In this document: in pieces, positions 37,770 to 47,066 of the stretch
How the letters are laid out: every line of letters begins with the position of its first letter
How positions within the stretch are numbered: the first letter of the stretch is position 1
Virus record (IMG/VR): IMGVR_UViG_3300032132_000748
Strand: one strand, 5' to 3'
Length of the DNA stretch: 64,000 nt
From: a virus
Taxonomy: Duplodnaviria > Caudoviricetes
The notes under the pieces: model-generated
What the model saw: only the letters and a program-made list of their open reading frames with translations
What the model was told of the DNA's origin: nothing
Databases searched by the model: none
Position numbers and translations under genes: made by a program

Positions 37770-38600
37770 TTATAGGGTGCGGTGAATTTTAATAGGGTCA
37801 TTGGATATGTAAGTATAGCATTCTGGTCCAATAACCTTTAGATCAACACTGGCGTAAGCTACATGGGCTCTCTTTGACCAATATTTGATTTCTTCCAGAT
37901 CTTTAACTCGATCAGCCATCCATTCTGCTCGACGGGCAGGATCTGTATGGAAGAGAATCTCTCCGTCATCTTTAGCCATAAAATACCTATTAAGTTTAAG
38001 TAGAGGGTTATACTTTGTTAAAGGCTTCACTCTGACTAGCGGATCCATAATACAAGCCACACCACCAGGGTTTAGCTTACTAAGCAAACAATCTAAATAT
38101 TTTTTATACCTAGCTTCATTCTTCTTCTTATCTCCTGGCTGAGTTGTATAATCAAACTCACAGTCGTCAATAATGATGTCGTATTTATATGGTGTTTCTA
38201 TTAAAAACTTTATACCGTCTCCAACTTTTAATTTAACTCGTGGATCGTTAAAAGAATCATTTGTGAGCTGTCTCATCACTGGATGAGTCTTTGTTAGATT
38301 AACTAATACTGGATCTAACTCAACATTTGTTAATTCTTTAACTATGTTCTTATGTCTTAGAAATTCTCTGGCAGCCAACCCGTCCCCACCACCAATTACT
38401 AGTATTCTTCTGGGGGTTTTTGCCAGCATTAACGGGTATTTTGCCATATATTGATGAGAAATATAACATTCTTTAGTATGAAACTGCAATATATTATTCA
38501 GAGCGAGCCAGTGATGCCTACCATTTTGATATAAATCAATTGTTTGGTAAGGAGACTTGCCTTTATAAAGCGCTACGTTTTTTCCTCTGGGTATCCACAT
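37770..38600 (-). CDS. Second spermidine-synthase-like aminopropyltransferase
   Basis: SPYQTI, LQF, VIGGGDG, VELD, DDCEFD in place of DxxDP; probable start ATG 38600. Confidence 0.8.
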   Translation of the reverse strand: MWIPRGKNVALYKGKSPYQTIDLYQNGRHHWLALNNILQFHTKECYISHQYMAKYPLMLAKTPRRILVIGGGDGLAAREFLRHKNIVKELTNVELDPVLVNLTKTHPVMRQLTNDSFNDPRVKLKVGDGIKFLIETPYKYDIIIDDCEFDYTTQPGDKKKNEARYKKYLDCLLSKLNPGGVACIMDPLVRVKPLTKYNPLLKLNRYFMAKDDGEILFHTDPARRAEWMADRVKDLEEIKYWSKRAHVAYASVDLKVIGPECYTYISNDPIKIHRTL

Positions 38601-38602
38601 AA

Positions 38603-39325
38603 TTAGAAAAATGCACAGCAAAGTAAATAGCGAACACCACCTGTCGTTGGTAATCCTATATGCTCGTGCGAGACCCCTCCTGGCCACATTGCAGCTTGCC
38701 CTGGTTTGGCAGGCTGCATTCTAAACTTCCATCGAGGGAAATAGGTCCCACCTCCGGCATAATCAGTATTTAGATATACAACCATAGCAACAGTCTCTAA
38801 ATCATAATGTAAGTTCATTTTATTTACTTTATCTGGCTCGTATTTTAGTAGATAGGGTTGATCATACCTCTCAACACTAAAAGATTTCCATAATTTATCT
38901 ATCAGAGGAGCCACATGTTTTTTATTTGTTTCTTGTATTGTCTTAGTGAGAGATTTCGTTTTTGTGCTAGGGAAGCTTTTGAGAGACAGCGTTGTGTCTT
39001 TTTCATTTTCGACTCTGCTACTTTCTAGAAGTTTTGAATCAATCTTCATCATTCCGAGACCAGATTCGTTATCCACTCCGGTTTCCCAGCCTCCTTGAAA
39101 CTCTGCTTCTTCTATTAGTTTTCTACAAAATTCAGGGGTGAATAGTTCAAATGTATATATTTGTTCAGCCGCCTCCACTACTTTGGCTTTTCTTGCCTGG
39201 GCTGATTTCACTAAGTGTTTTTCACTGTATTGATAGATATCCGGATGTAGTACTTTCGGGGCAGCGAGCTTTTCCTGCTGACCAAACCAATAATCGCCTA
39301 ATCCATATAAGTTTCCCGGTCTCAT
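38603..39325 (-). CDS. 2OG-Fe(II) dioxygenase, PLOD lysyl-hydroxylase-like domain
   Basis: FTPEFCRKLIEEAE, HYD, GGGTYF, WPGGVSHEHIGLPTTGGVRY; N-terminal LYGLGDYWFGQ tag. Confidence 0.85.
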   Translation of the reverse strand: MRPGNLYGLGDYWFGQQEKLAAPKVLHPDIYQYSEKHLVKSAQARKAKVVEAAEQIYTFELFTPEFCRKLIEEAEFQGGWETGVDNESGLGMMKIDSKLLESSRVENEKDTTLSLKSFPSTKTKSLTKTIQETNKKHVAPLIDKLWKSFSVERYDQPYLLKYEPDKVNKMNLHYDLETVAMVVYLNTDYAGGGTYFPRWKFRMQPAKPGQAAMWPGGVSHEHIGLPTTGGVRYLLCCAFF

Positions 39326-39361
39326 ATCGCTATTTTAACATTCCAAACGACGGAAATCAAA

Positions 39362-40123
39362 TTATCTAGCATGTTGAGGCTCACCTTCTTCCCAAACTGA
39401 AACGGAATCTCCGTTTAAGACCTTATCATAGATAGCGTGGAGTATTAGATACCGCCTACCTTTGGTTATTTTTTTTCCACGATGAAGGTGGCTTAGACCT
39501 CCAGGGTAAAGTAGTATAACTCCGGGCTTGGCGTGAACCGTTACGTTGAATTTAGGAAAATGTGTTCCGCCTCCGACAAACTCATCATTTAAACCTAATA
39601 TACAGGCTAAGGGCTCCCCGTCGTAGTGATCATCCATCTTTTCCTGCCCGTCTTTTCCTGCTACATACCTTAATATGTAGACCTCATCATGATGGGTAGG
39701 GCTAAAGGTTGGAAACAATTTACTTGCGCAGGGGAAGACGTATTTCTTAATTGCATCGGAATATTTTTTCTGGAGTTCTGACATAAAATCTAAGGATAAA
39801 GTCATACCTACGCTTTCACCGCCACCTTTAGAAGCATTACCCCAAGTTCCATATTTTTCGGACACCCTAACTAAGGCATCGCACCACTCTTTATCGAAAA
39901 GCTTAACTGCATAGATTTGGCATGTTTTTGGTCCCATCTCCTTGGCGCGATGCTTTTTAGCATCAGGGTGTATATGATTCTCAATATCTAAAAGAATTTT
40001 CACGTCGGGATCTGAAAAGTCTCCCAAAGCTTTGGGAGACTTTTTTCGAAATTTTTTCCACGTCATATATGCGATTATTGCAGATAAAAACCCAATTCCG
40101 AATTTAATGTGAGGATTATTCAT
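39362..40123 (-). CDS. 2OG-Fe(II) dioxygenase, PLOD-like, N-terminal TM
   Basis: FDKEWCDALV, HYD, GGGTHF, YPGGLSHLHRGKKITKGRRY; TM then LGDF. Confidence 0.85.
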   Translation of the reverse strand: MNNPHIKFGIGFLSAIIAYMTWKKFRKKSPKALGDFSDPDVKILLDIENHIHPDAKKHRAKEMGPKTCQIYAVKLFDKEWCDALVRVSEKYGTWGNASKGGGESVGMTLSLDFMSELQKKYSDAIKKYVFPCASKLFPTFSPTHHDEVYILRYVAGKDGQEKMDDHYDGEPLACILGLNDEFVGGGTHFPKFNVTVHAKPGVILLYPGGLSHLHRGKKITKGRRYLILHAIYDKVLNGDSVSVWEEGEPQHAR

Positions 40124-40164
40124 TAATATAATTGTAACAAAAGCCCAGATGTTATAATTGATAT

Positions 40165-40701
40165 ATGAAAAAAGTTCTCCTAACCCTAGTGATATGCATG
40201 CCTCTTATGAGTGTCGGTTGCGCATCTTTTAAAGAAGACGTCGGACAATACGTCACGGAAGCTGTTCGTGACAAGGTTGTTGCTGATGTGGATAGCCTGC
40301 TAGAACGGAGAGGACTAAGTCGGCAAGAAATAGAACAAGTTATTGATGAAAATGGAGATGGTCAGATTGACCGTGCAGAAATTCTTGAAACAACCAAAGC
40401 CGCGACCCGCGATGCTGTTCTTTTACAAGCTAGAACTTTAGTAGATCAGCAAATTGCTGAACAAAGAGAAGGGTTTGTGGATAATGGAGATCTTAAGTCT
40501 AAGTTAAATGAGTTTTGGTTGTGGATCTTAGGTTTAGTTTCTGCTTATCTAACAAAACAAATTTATTCTGCGAAGCAGGATGGTAAGCGTGACCAGCGTA
40601 TAGCAGTCATTGAAAAACTGCTAAACAAAGATATAGATGGTGATGGTATCATCGGTGCTCCACCTTCTGATGTAGAACCAGAAATAGTTGCCGAGACTTA
40701 G
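40165..40701 (+). CDS. Lipoprotein with EF-hand-like Ca-binding motifs and TM
   Basis: MKK..SVGC; DENGDGQIDRAE and DIDGDGIIG. Confidence 0.7.
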   Translation: MKKVLLTLVICMPLMSVGCASFKEDVGQYVTEAVRDKVVADVDSLLERRGLSRQEIEQVIDENGDGQIDRAEILETTKAATRDAVLLQARTLVDQQIAEQREGFVDNGDLKSKLNEFWLWILGLVSAYLTKQIYSAKQDGKRDQRIAVIEKLLNKDIDGDGIIGAPPSDVEPEIVAET

Positions 40702-40766
40702 AGCAGTTAAAGCTTCTCTTGATCCTCGCTCTTACATTATGTTCTTATATTTGCTATAATTGAGAT

Positions 40767-41015
40767 GTGGGGATACTCCTACAACTTTTGAATAGTCTTT
40801 TGTCTATTATTTTTAGCCTCCTAGCTATAACTTTGCTCGGCTTGTTTTGCGTGCTATTTTCAATCTATCCCCTATCTGTTATGCTTTTCATGTTCTTTTC
40901 CTATGCCACCTACGTTGGCTATAAGGAGGATATGCGAAAGAGAAAGAAACAGGCTTCAAAATATAGAAATCTTGCAAAGTTCCGTCGCGATGATACAGTC
41001 TCTGAAACGGAGTAA
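40767..41015 (+). CDS. Small membrane protein
   Basis: Long hydrophobic N-terminus, basic C-terminus; TGCTATAAT 6 nt before GTG. Confidence 0.6.
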   Translation: MGILLQLLNSLLSIIFSLLAITLLGLFCVLFSIYPLSVMLFMFFSYATYVGYKEDMRKRKKQASKYRNLAKFRRDDTVSETE

Positions 41016-41018
41016 GTT

Positions 41019-42515
41019 ATGGGTAGCTATAATGTTGCCTGTTCTGTAAGTAATTTAAGCATTAGTTCTGGAACAGAAGTAGCCTTTTTTCTTTTATTGC
41101 CAAATTGTCGTCCATGGGGGTATAGTCGCTCTCTCGGTAAGGATCAATTCGACCATCAGGATGATAGAAGTCTTGAAAAAATACATCGGGTGGGTATTCA
41201 TACTCACTTAATGTATTCTAACTGCTATTTCAACCCTCTGGCATTACCTATATTTGCTGAATATAACGATTACGGTGGTCTTGAGTGTATTGAAGAAGAC
41301 GCAAACACTCGGGCCTTGGAAAAGTTCTTTGGGCTCTCAATAGAAAAAATTGTAGAAATAGTTTGCTGCCATAGAGAAGTTACCTGCACCCTTAGTGCCG
41401 CCCATAAGATATTAGGTATAAGTGGAGAGAAAGAGTTTGATTTCAGCGGGAAATTTGATGGGAAATACCTAGAGAGCTTTGGTTTTAAAAAACAGCTAAA
41501 CGGTAGGTATGCACTTATCAAGAAGGACCACACTGAGGTTTATAAAACTTGGCAAATTGAACTTACGGAGCCGAAAGAAAAAGAAAAAGGCCACCCCTAT
41601 ATGGATCATGGCTTTCGTCTCTATAAGACTGGAATTCCTGCGGGAGAAGAACTCTTAGCAGAATGTGATGGTCGTGATGCTAGAAAGCAACTTCAGAAGT
41701 TTTACTTACGTCATGTAGGCTACTATTTGAATGTTCCAGAGGATATGCAAGATAGATTCAAGGTTCTCTGTAAACTTTCCGGTATGTTTGTTATTAAAGA
41801 CGTTTATGACGACCTGGCTCGTTACGTTCCGACGGATTCTTGGTCAGAAGTAACGGTTGCTGATTCGAGACCCTCAGAGAGCATTCTCAAGGAACTTAAT
41901 TTTGAGCTTATTTCTGAGGACCCAAACCCTAAAGAGAGGTACAACAAACGTTGGCATAGAAAAGGTAATGATAAACTAGCTTTAATTACTGACGACTCTG
42001 GTTATTCCTATGTGGAAATAGTAAAAACCGGAGACCGACAAAGGGCCGGGGCACTTAAACGGATTAAGAAGACTTGGGAAGAACTAAGTTCTCAAACTGT
42101 GGATATTTCAAAATATGAAACAATCCCCTTGCATGGTCAAAAATTTGAAGACTTTTCCAAAAAGGTAAATGCCTACGATTCAAAAACTAGTCAAGAAAAG
42201 TTTGATATGTTATTGCTATCAGGGCCTTTCTCAACTTGGGGTGCTGAAAGCTACGATACTTTTTATGTTTATTATAAAGATTGGTCCTTTTTTGAAAAAC
42301 TATATAGAAATCAAATCAAAGAGTGTAATCAGGAAATAAAGCAAAAGTTTATTAATCAATATAGGTTTGAACATATGATGTATGGATGCAACAAATTTTA
42401 CTTCCCTGCGATGAATGGTCCTCAATGCGGAGAGCCTGAAGAAGAAACGTATCTATTAAAATCATCTCTGAAGTTCCTAGAAAAGCAAAAATTAGAAAGA
42501 GAAGAATGGGATTGA
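41019..42515 (+). CDS. Hypothetical phage protein
   Basis: 498 aa; MGSYNVACSVSNL, LPIFAEYNDYG N-terminal motifs. Confidence 0.75.
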   Translation: MGSYNVACSVSNLSISSGTEVAFFLLLPNCRPWGYSRSLGKDQFDHQDDRSLEKIHRVGIHTHLMYSNCYFNPLALPIFAEYNDYGGLECIEEDANTRALEKFFGLSIEKIVEIVCCHREVTCTLSAAHKILGISGEKEFDFSGKFDGKYLESFGFKKQLNGRYALIKKDHTEVYKTWQIELTEPKEKEKGHPYMDHGFRLYKTGIPAGEELLAECDGRDARKQLQKFYLRHVGYYLNVPEDMQDRFKVLCKLSGMFVIKDVYDDLARYVPTDSWSEVTVADSRPSESILKELNFELISEDPNPKERYNKRWHRKGNDKLALITDDSGYSYVEIVKTGDRQRAGALKRIKKTWEELSSQTVDISKYETIPLHGQKFEDFSKKVNAYDSKTSQEKFDMLLLSGPFSTWGAESYDTFYVYYKDWSFFEKLYRNQIKECNQEIKQKFINQYRFEHMMYGCNKFYFPAMNGPQCGEPEEETYLLKSSLKFLEKQKLEREEWD

Positions 42516-42886
42516 TGTACAAACTTAGAAAAGATAAGCACGGATTTTGGGTTAATTTAGATATTTCTACGGTTGGGTCGGGAGATGAGAATGATAGGAG
42601 ATGGAGATTTGAGGCAGCACGTCAACTTCTGTTACTTGTAATGACTGAAGAAAAAGCTGACCAGTTAATACAAAAATCACTTATCAACTCCGAGTGGTAT
42701 GACAGAACTAGAACAATAATTCTCCCAGAACCTTTTGAAATTGAAGGGTCCCCATTCTCTTTGATTCATGTTCGCACTACAGGGCACGGACCTGATTCTG
42801 TTTCTTCTGCATCAGCAGGTAGAGAACCAGTGCGGGCTTTGTCAACAGAAGGGTTAGAAGGGTATACCCCTTATGAAAGCTTATAA
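42506..42886 (+). CDS. Hypothetical protein
   Basis: 126-aa ORF overlapping its neighbours. Confidence 0.6.
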   Translation: MGLMYKLRKDKHGFWVNLDISTVGSGDENDRRWRFEAARQLLLLVMTEEKADQLIQKSLINSEWYDRTRTIILPEPFEIEGSPFSLIHVRTTGHGPDSVSSASAGREPVRALSTEGLEGYTPYESL

Positions 42887-43517
42887 AGAAATAACTAAAA
42901 ATACGTATAATAGCCGAGCTGATGAAATATCAGCTCGATTTGCTTCATATTTCTCTATCTACAGAGAACCCGTGATCGGTAAATTTCTAAAATTTCTACC
43001 GGATTCAGATGAATTTTCTATCCTAGATATAGGATGTGGTAGTGGTGATGCTGCTGCTTATGTTAGTGAACGTCTTGCTAATAAATTTAAGAAGTTAAAC
43101 TTAATAGGAATTGACATATCTGCAGGAATGCTTCGTAAGGCTAAAGAAAAAGGTGTTACAACCCTCCAAATGGATATTGAACACCTCGCTTTTGTCCCCG
43201 AGAGCTTCGATGCTTGCTGGGCTATGAACTCTTTGCTTCACTTACCAAAAAGTAACGTCCCAAAAGTTATAAATCAGATAGTGAATATCCTCAAGCCCAG
43301 GGGAACACTATTTGTTTCTATGAAAAAAGGTGAAGGTGAGGGGTTCGTTGAGGCTCCTGAGTTGGAGCAGCGATTTTATTCCTTTTGGCAAAAGGACGAG
43401 TTCTTAGATCTAACTGAAGATTTTGAGTTGTTAGATTTTGATGAGACTAAGAGAGCGGACAATACTTTTCTTAATTTCTATTTGAAGAAACTGGCTGTAC
43501 ATGACAAAAGCCAGTAG
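42873..43517 (+). CDS. Class I SAM-dependent methyltransferase
   Basis: ILDIGCGSG, GIDIS, FDACWAMNSLLH, LKPRG. Confidence 0.9.
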   Translation: MKAYKEITKNTYNSRADEISARFASYFSIYREPVIGKFLKFLPDSDEFSILDIGCGSGDAAAYVSERLANKFKKLNLIGIDISAGMLRKAKEKGVTTLQMDIEHLAFVPESFDACWAMNSLLHLPKSNVPKVINQIVNILKPRGTLFVSMKKGEGEGFVEAPELEQRFYSFWQKDEFLDLTEDFELLDFDETKRADNTFLNFYLKKLAVHDKSQ

Positions 43518-43535
43518 CTTTCACTACTGGCTTTG
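43506..43535. terminator. Intrinsic terminator between convergent genes
   Basis: AAAGCCAGTAG-CTTTCA-CTACTGGCTTT. Confidence 0.75.
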
Positions 43536-43576
43536 CCTTCTTCCTTAGTGGAGTGCGAACTAGGTTCGCGACTAAA

Positions 43577-44134
43577 CTAGTGGACCTCGCGCTTGAAGAA
43601 ACCGTCGAGGTAAACACTAAGTGCTACTGTGGCGGACAAAGTCTGAGGTGTTGGAAGGTTTACTTCACAACGGAAGTTTTGCTGTGGGATCAAGTCAATG
43701 GGCTCGGCCAAGACGTAGATACCACGTTGGTCAGGACGACCGTTGGTTACTGAAACAACGTCAGTAGAACCAGCGGCAACACCGTCAAGACCGACACCAG
43801 CGGTCAACATGAAAAGGTTGACAACTAGATAGTCCTTAGTTCCGATGAAAAGACGGAACCAAGCGTTGTTGAAGATAGCGTTGAGGTCGGCAACAGCACT
43901 GTCGTACTGGTTGATTAAACGGATTGCGTGAATCTCAAAGTTCTTCGGGTATGGCAGGCTTCCACCCTGGTCCATATTGGTTTGAACTTGTGTCTTAGGT
44001 AGCACGCCACCTGGGGTAGTTCCACCGAGTGGAACCTGGAAGAAGTTCAATTGTGAAGTACCACTTGTAGCGACGGTGTTACGGTCGTATAGTGGTTGTT
44101 GGATGCGTTCTAGCAATCCTGGAATACGAGGCAT
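43577..44134 (-). CDS. Putative single jelly-roll major capsid protein A
   Basis: 185 aa beta-rich, AAGGAG RBS, tandem paralog, end of promoter/terminator-bounded operon; fold is inference. Confidence 0.65.
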   Translation of the reverse strand: MPRIPGLLERIQQPLYDRNTVATSGTSQLNFFQVPLGGTTPGGVLPKTQVQTNMDQGGSLPYPKNFEIHAIRLINQYDSAVADLNAIFNNAWFRLFIGTKDYLVVNLFMLTAGVGLDGVAAGSTDVVSVTNGRPDQRGIYVLAEPIDLIPQQNFRCEVNLPTPQTLSATVALSVYLDGFFKREVH

Positions 44135-44248
44135 ATGTATTCTCCTTTTTTTTACTTTTATTTACTTGTTTATGCCGCTCACTCCGAAGAGTGAGCTCAT
44201 AAACCCTTTTACTTCTTATTTACAAACAACGTCTGTAAATAAATCCAA

Positions 44249-44818
44249 TTAGTGGACCTCACGTTTGAAGAATCCATCCAAGTATACACTTAGATCGACG
44301 CTTGCAGTTAGAGGAGCACCAGCAGCAAATGGCGTTGGGAAATTAATTTCGCAACGGAAGTTCTGCTGAGGAATCAAGTCAATTGGCTCGGCCAATACAT
44401 AGATTCCACGTTGGTCTGGACGACCGTTAACAACTGAAACAACGTCGGTTGTTCCTGCTGCTACACCGTCAAGTCCAACTCCAGCAGTAAGCATGAAGGA
44501 GTTAACAACTAGATAGTCCTTAGTTCCGATAAAGAGACGGAACCATGAGCTGTCATAAATGCGGTTAAGGTCTGCAACCTCAGCACCGTATTCGTTGATT
44601 AGACGGATAGCATGAATCTCGAAGTTCTTCGGGTAAGGAAGACTTCCTCCTTGATCCATGTTTGTTTGTACCTGCGTTTTAGCAGTTACTGATCCAGCTG
44701 CGGCTCCACCAAGTGGGACTTGGAAGTAATTTAGCTGGCCGGTGCCGCTCGTTGCAACCGTGTTACGGTCGTAGAGAGGCTGTTGAATGCGTTCTAGCAA
44801 TCCTGGAATACGAGGCAT
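44249..44818 (-). CDS. Putative single jelly-roll major capsid protein B
   Basis: 189 aa, about 85% identical to protein A by manual alignment. Confidence 0.65.
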   Translation of the reverse strand: MPRIPGLLERIQQPLYDRNTVATSGTGQLNYFQVPLGGAAAGSVTAKTQVQTNMDQGGSLPYPKNFEIHAIRLINEYGAEVADLNRIYDSSWFRLFIGTKDYLVVNSFMLTAGVGLDGVAAGTTDVVSVVNGRPDQRGIYVLAEPIDLIPQQNFRCEINFPTPFAAGAPLTASVDLSVYLDGFFKREVH

Positions 44819-44941
44819 ATTGCCACCTTTCCTTTTTTATAAAATTAGCTTCGCACCGATTTCGGTTTGGACATACGAAGTTTTTAAACTACCCTAAGTA
44901 ACAGTATAAATACTGTCCGTATTACTCAGGACCTGTTGACT

Positions 44942-45895
44942 TTATTCAAAGTCGGCGGCAGCGGCGGTGTCCCACAATGATCCGTCAAGACCTTCGTAGC
45001 CACCATAGTGCCCTGCACTGTGTTTCATTGTATCGGCAACTTGCTGATCACGGGGGTTAGCAGTCTCTGGGACGAATCCTGCAAGACCTGATTCCGCTTC
45101 GAAAGAACCGAGACGTTGTGAGTTGTAGATATCGCCTAGGGGCTCGTATCCACTTAGGAATGGGTTGTCCTCTGGATCAACTAAATCAGTTGCGGCAACA
45201 ACTGGTTGACCGAAGTAACCTTCCATGCCTGGAGCTACACCAGTGGTGAACTCGTCATAATATGCTTGTCCGTAAGGTGAGTAACCTTCAAACTCTTTTG
45301 ACCAGCTTCCCCATCCTGCGAGACCTTTAGCCTCAAGGAATCCTTCGACTGGTGCTTGTGCGATCTTCCAGAAACCGAGTGTCATAGCACCGATTGCTCC
45401 AGGGATTGCTGCTTGACGTAGGAAGTCACCAACGGTTCCTGCACCTAACATCTCAGAGATCTTTAGTGCAGCAACGCCGCCACCGATACCACTAGCAACA
45501 GCTAGAATACCTTGACCGACACTACCTTCGCCTACTCTTTCACCAAGTAGTTTACTGCCTATCGCTAGGACGGCACCGCCGCCAACTGCTGCGACACCAG
45601 CATACATAATGTTTTTTCCACCTTCACCTGCAACGCTCTTAACAAGGTCACCCATTGCTGGGTTACGACGACGACGTGACAATGGGTTACGACGTTTCTT
45701 GCTGCGGCTGCGGCTCCGGCTCTTTTTGCTTCGGCTTTTTTTTGCCTTGCGCTTTTTACTTGCCATTTTAGCCCTCTTTTTCATTTTCGGACCGTCTTCA
45801 TCATCTAGTGAATACGGGTTTACGATTAAAAGTTCTGGGTTTCGCCTTCTTTTCTTTTTGTTTGGGAGATTAGACGGATTTACCATATAAAACAT
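44942..45895 (-). CDS. RRNP-rich multi-TM protein with G-tagged acidic tail (putative major virion membrane/core protein)
   Basis: RRNP x3, three Gly/Ala-rich hydrophobic helices, LAGWG, MEGYFGQ, LSGYEPLGD; probable ATG 45895. Confidence 0.75.
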   Translation of the reverse strand: MFYMVNPSNLPNKKKRRRNPELLIVNPYSLDDEDGPKMKKRAKMASKKRKAKKSRSKKSRSRSRSKKRRNPLSRRRRNPAMGDLVKSVAGEGGKNIMYAGVAAVGGGAVLAIGSKLLGERVGEGSVGQGILAVASGIGGGVAALKISEMLGAGTVGDFLRQAAIPGAIGAMTLGFWKIAQAPVEGFLEAKGLAGWGSWSKEFEGYSPYGQAYYDEFTTGVAPGMEGYFGQPVVAATDLVDPEDNPFLSGYEPLGDIYNSQRLGSFEAESGLAGFVPETANPRDQQVADTMKHSAGHYGGYEGLDGSLWDTAAAADFE

Positions 45896-45911
45896 TGTTG
45901 TTTTCTCCAAT

Positions 45912-45952
45912 AAAAAAAGAGCATGTAGTAGGCTCTTCCCACTTCATGCTCT
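45912..45952 (-). terminator. Terminator hairpin in the 5' leader of the capsid operon (attenuator candidate)
   Basis: AGAGCATG-A-AGTGGG-AAGAG-CCTACT-A-CATGCTCT then T-run directly before the GGAG RBS. Confidence 0.65.
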
Positions 45953-46026
45953 GTACTTCAGTCGCAAGATTATTTTATTTCTTTACCATCAAGACTCCGC
46001 ATGAACGGTTGTTCTTAACTTCCTCA

Positions 46027-46080
46027 ATCATAGTATAAGACGTAGTATCGTGTCAACACTTTTTTTGAGTTTTTTTTACA
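46027..46080 (-). promoter_or_regulatory. Sigma70-type promoter with A-tract UP element for capsid operon
   Basis: Minus strand TTGACA-18 nt-TATGAT with upstream A-runs. Confidence 0.6.
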
Positions 46081-46118
46081 TAAAAAAAGGGCGGCGAATT
46101 AACACCGCCCTTTTTTAT
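46081..46118. terminator. Intrinsic terminator (symmetric)
   Basis: AAAAAAGGGCGG/CCGCCCTTTTTT. Confidence 0.8.
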
Positions 46119-46131
46119 AGAAAACTAAGGC

Positions 46132-47037
46132 TTATTCTGGTTCCTGATCACCGGGAGGTGTCGGAGGACCTGGGCATTGGCAATTAACACCGAAGGTAAG
46201 TAGTCTTCTTACAGGTAAACTACCGAATCCTGAGCCACCTCGACCAGCAACCCATTGTTGGCATTGTGAAGTAGTTTGTCCATTACCACCACCGACAGCA
46301 GAGAACTTGTGTTTTGCGGTGTTGTTAGTTCCACCAACAACAGTTGCAAACTCGCACTCAACTCGGTTTTCGCAGCTAAAGACAACGCTTAGAGGTCCAT
46401 CGAGATGGTTAAATGCACCACCACAAATACCTCCGTAGCTAGTCCACTGTGAATCACGCCCAACAATAATGTTGTGAGATCCTGTGCGCTCTGGGGCCTT
46501 TCCGAACAATCCAGCAAACCCTGCATCTTCGTTATAACCCATAATTAGGTTACCTAAGCTGTTGGTTGTAGCTGTAGTTCCTTCACCGTTCTTAATTTGA
46601 ACGTTAGTTCCACTAAAACAAGTGGTTGTCCCATCAACGCTCTGGAATTGAGTTTTGGTCTCAAGAGTTTCTATTCTTGTATTATGGGTATCTTTACATT
46701 CCTCTAATACAGTAATACTAGAAACAACTGCGACACACTTCTCTTGAAGTGCAGTGATGTTCGTTTCGTTGGTTTCAATTTTATTGATGTGTTGGTTAAC
46801 AAGGTCTATAAATGCATTTACTTGCGCGGGGTCTAGCCCAGCCAGTAATTCGATCGCAGTGCAGTTGCCCTGAATCTTAGCATCTAATAGTGCAAAGTTT
46901 TCATTTACTTGTGCTGATGAAATTACTTCACCAGGACTGAATATATGAAGACCTCCTGCAGGGACTGCCGCCCACGCAACGCTAGCGACAAGCATACCTG
47001 CCAAAGCACCTCCAAAAAATGTTTTTCTATTTTTCAT
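46132..47037 (-). CDS. Signal-peptide fibre/adhesin-like protein
   Basis: Signal peptide ending AWA, FSPGEVISSAQVNENF, coiled coil, GNLIMGYNE..TGSHNIIVG beta repeats. Confidence 0.65.
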   Translation of the reverse strand: MKNRKTFFGGALAGMLVASVAWAAVPAGGLHIFSPGEVISSAQVNENFALLDAKIQGNCTAIELLAGLDPAQVNAFIDLVNQHINKIETNETNITALQEKCVAVVSSITVLEECKDTHNTRIETLETKTQFQSVDGTTTCFSGTNVQIKNGEGTTATTNSLGNLIMGYNEDAGFAGLFGKAPERTGSHNIIVGRDSQWTSYGGICGGAFNHLDGPLSVVFSCENRVECEFATVVGGTNNTAKHKFSAVGGGNGQTTSQCQQWVAGRGGSGFGSLPVRRLLTFGVNCQCPGPPTPPGDQEPE

Positions 47038-47066
47038 TTAATAAATAATCTCCTTAATGATTGTTA

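Noticed and set aside
43577-44818. DGR template/variable repeat pair
   Set aside because: Both copies are full ORFs with RBS, the differences I checked are synonymous and not adenine-specific, and no reverse transcriptase is visible.
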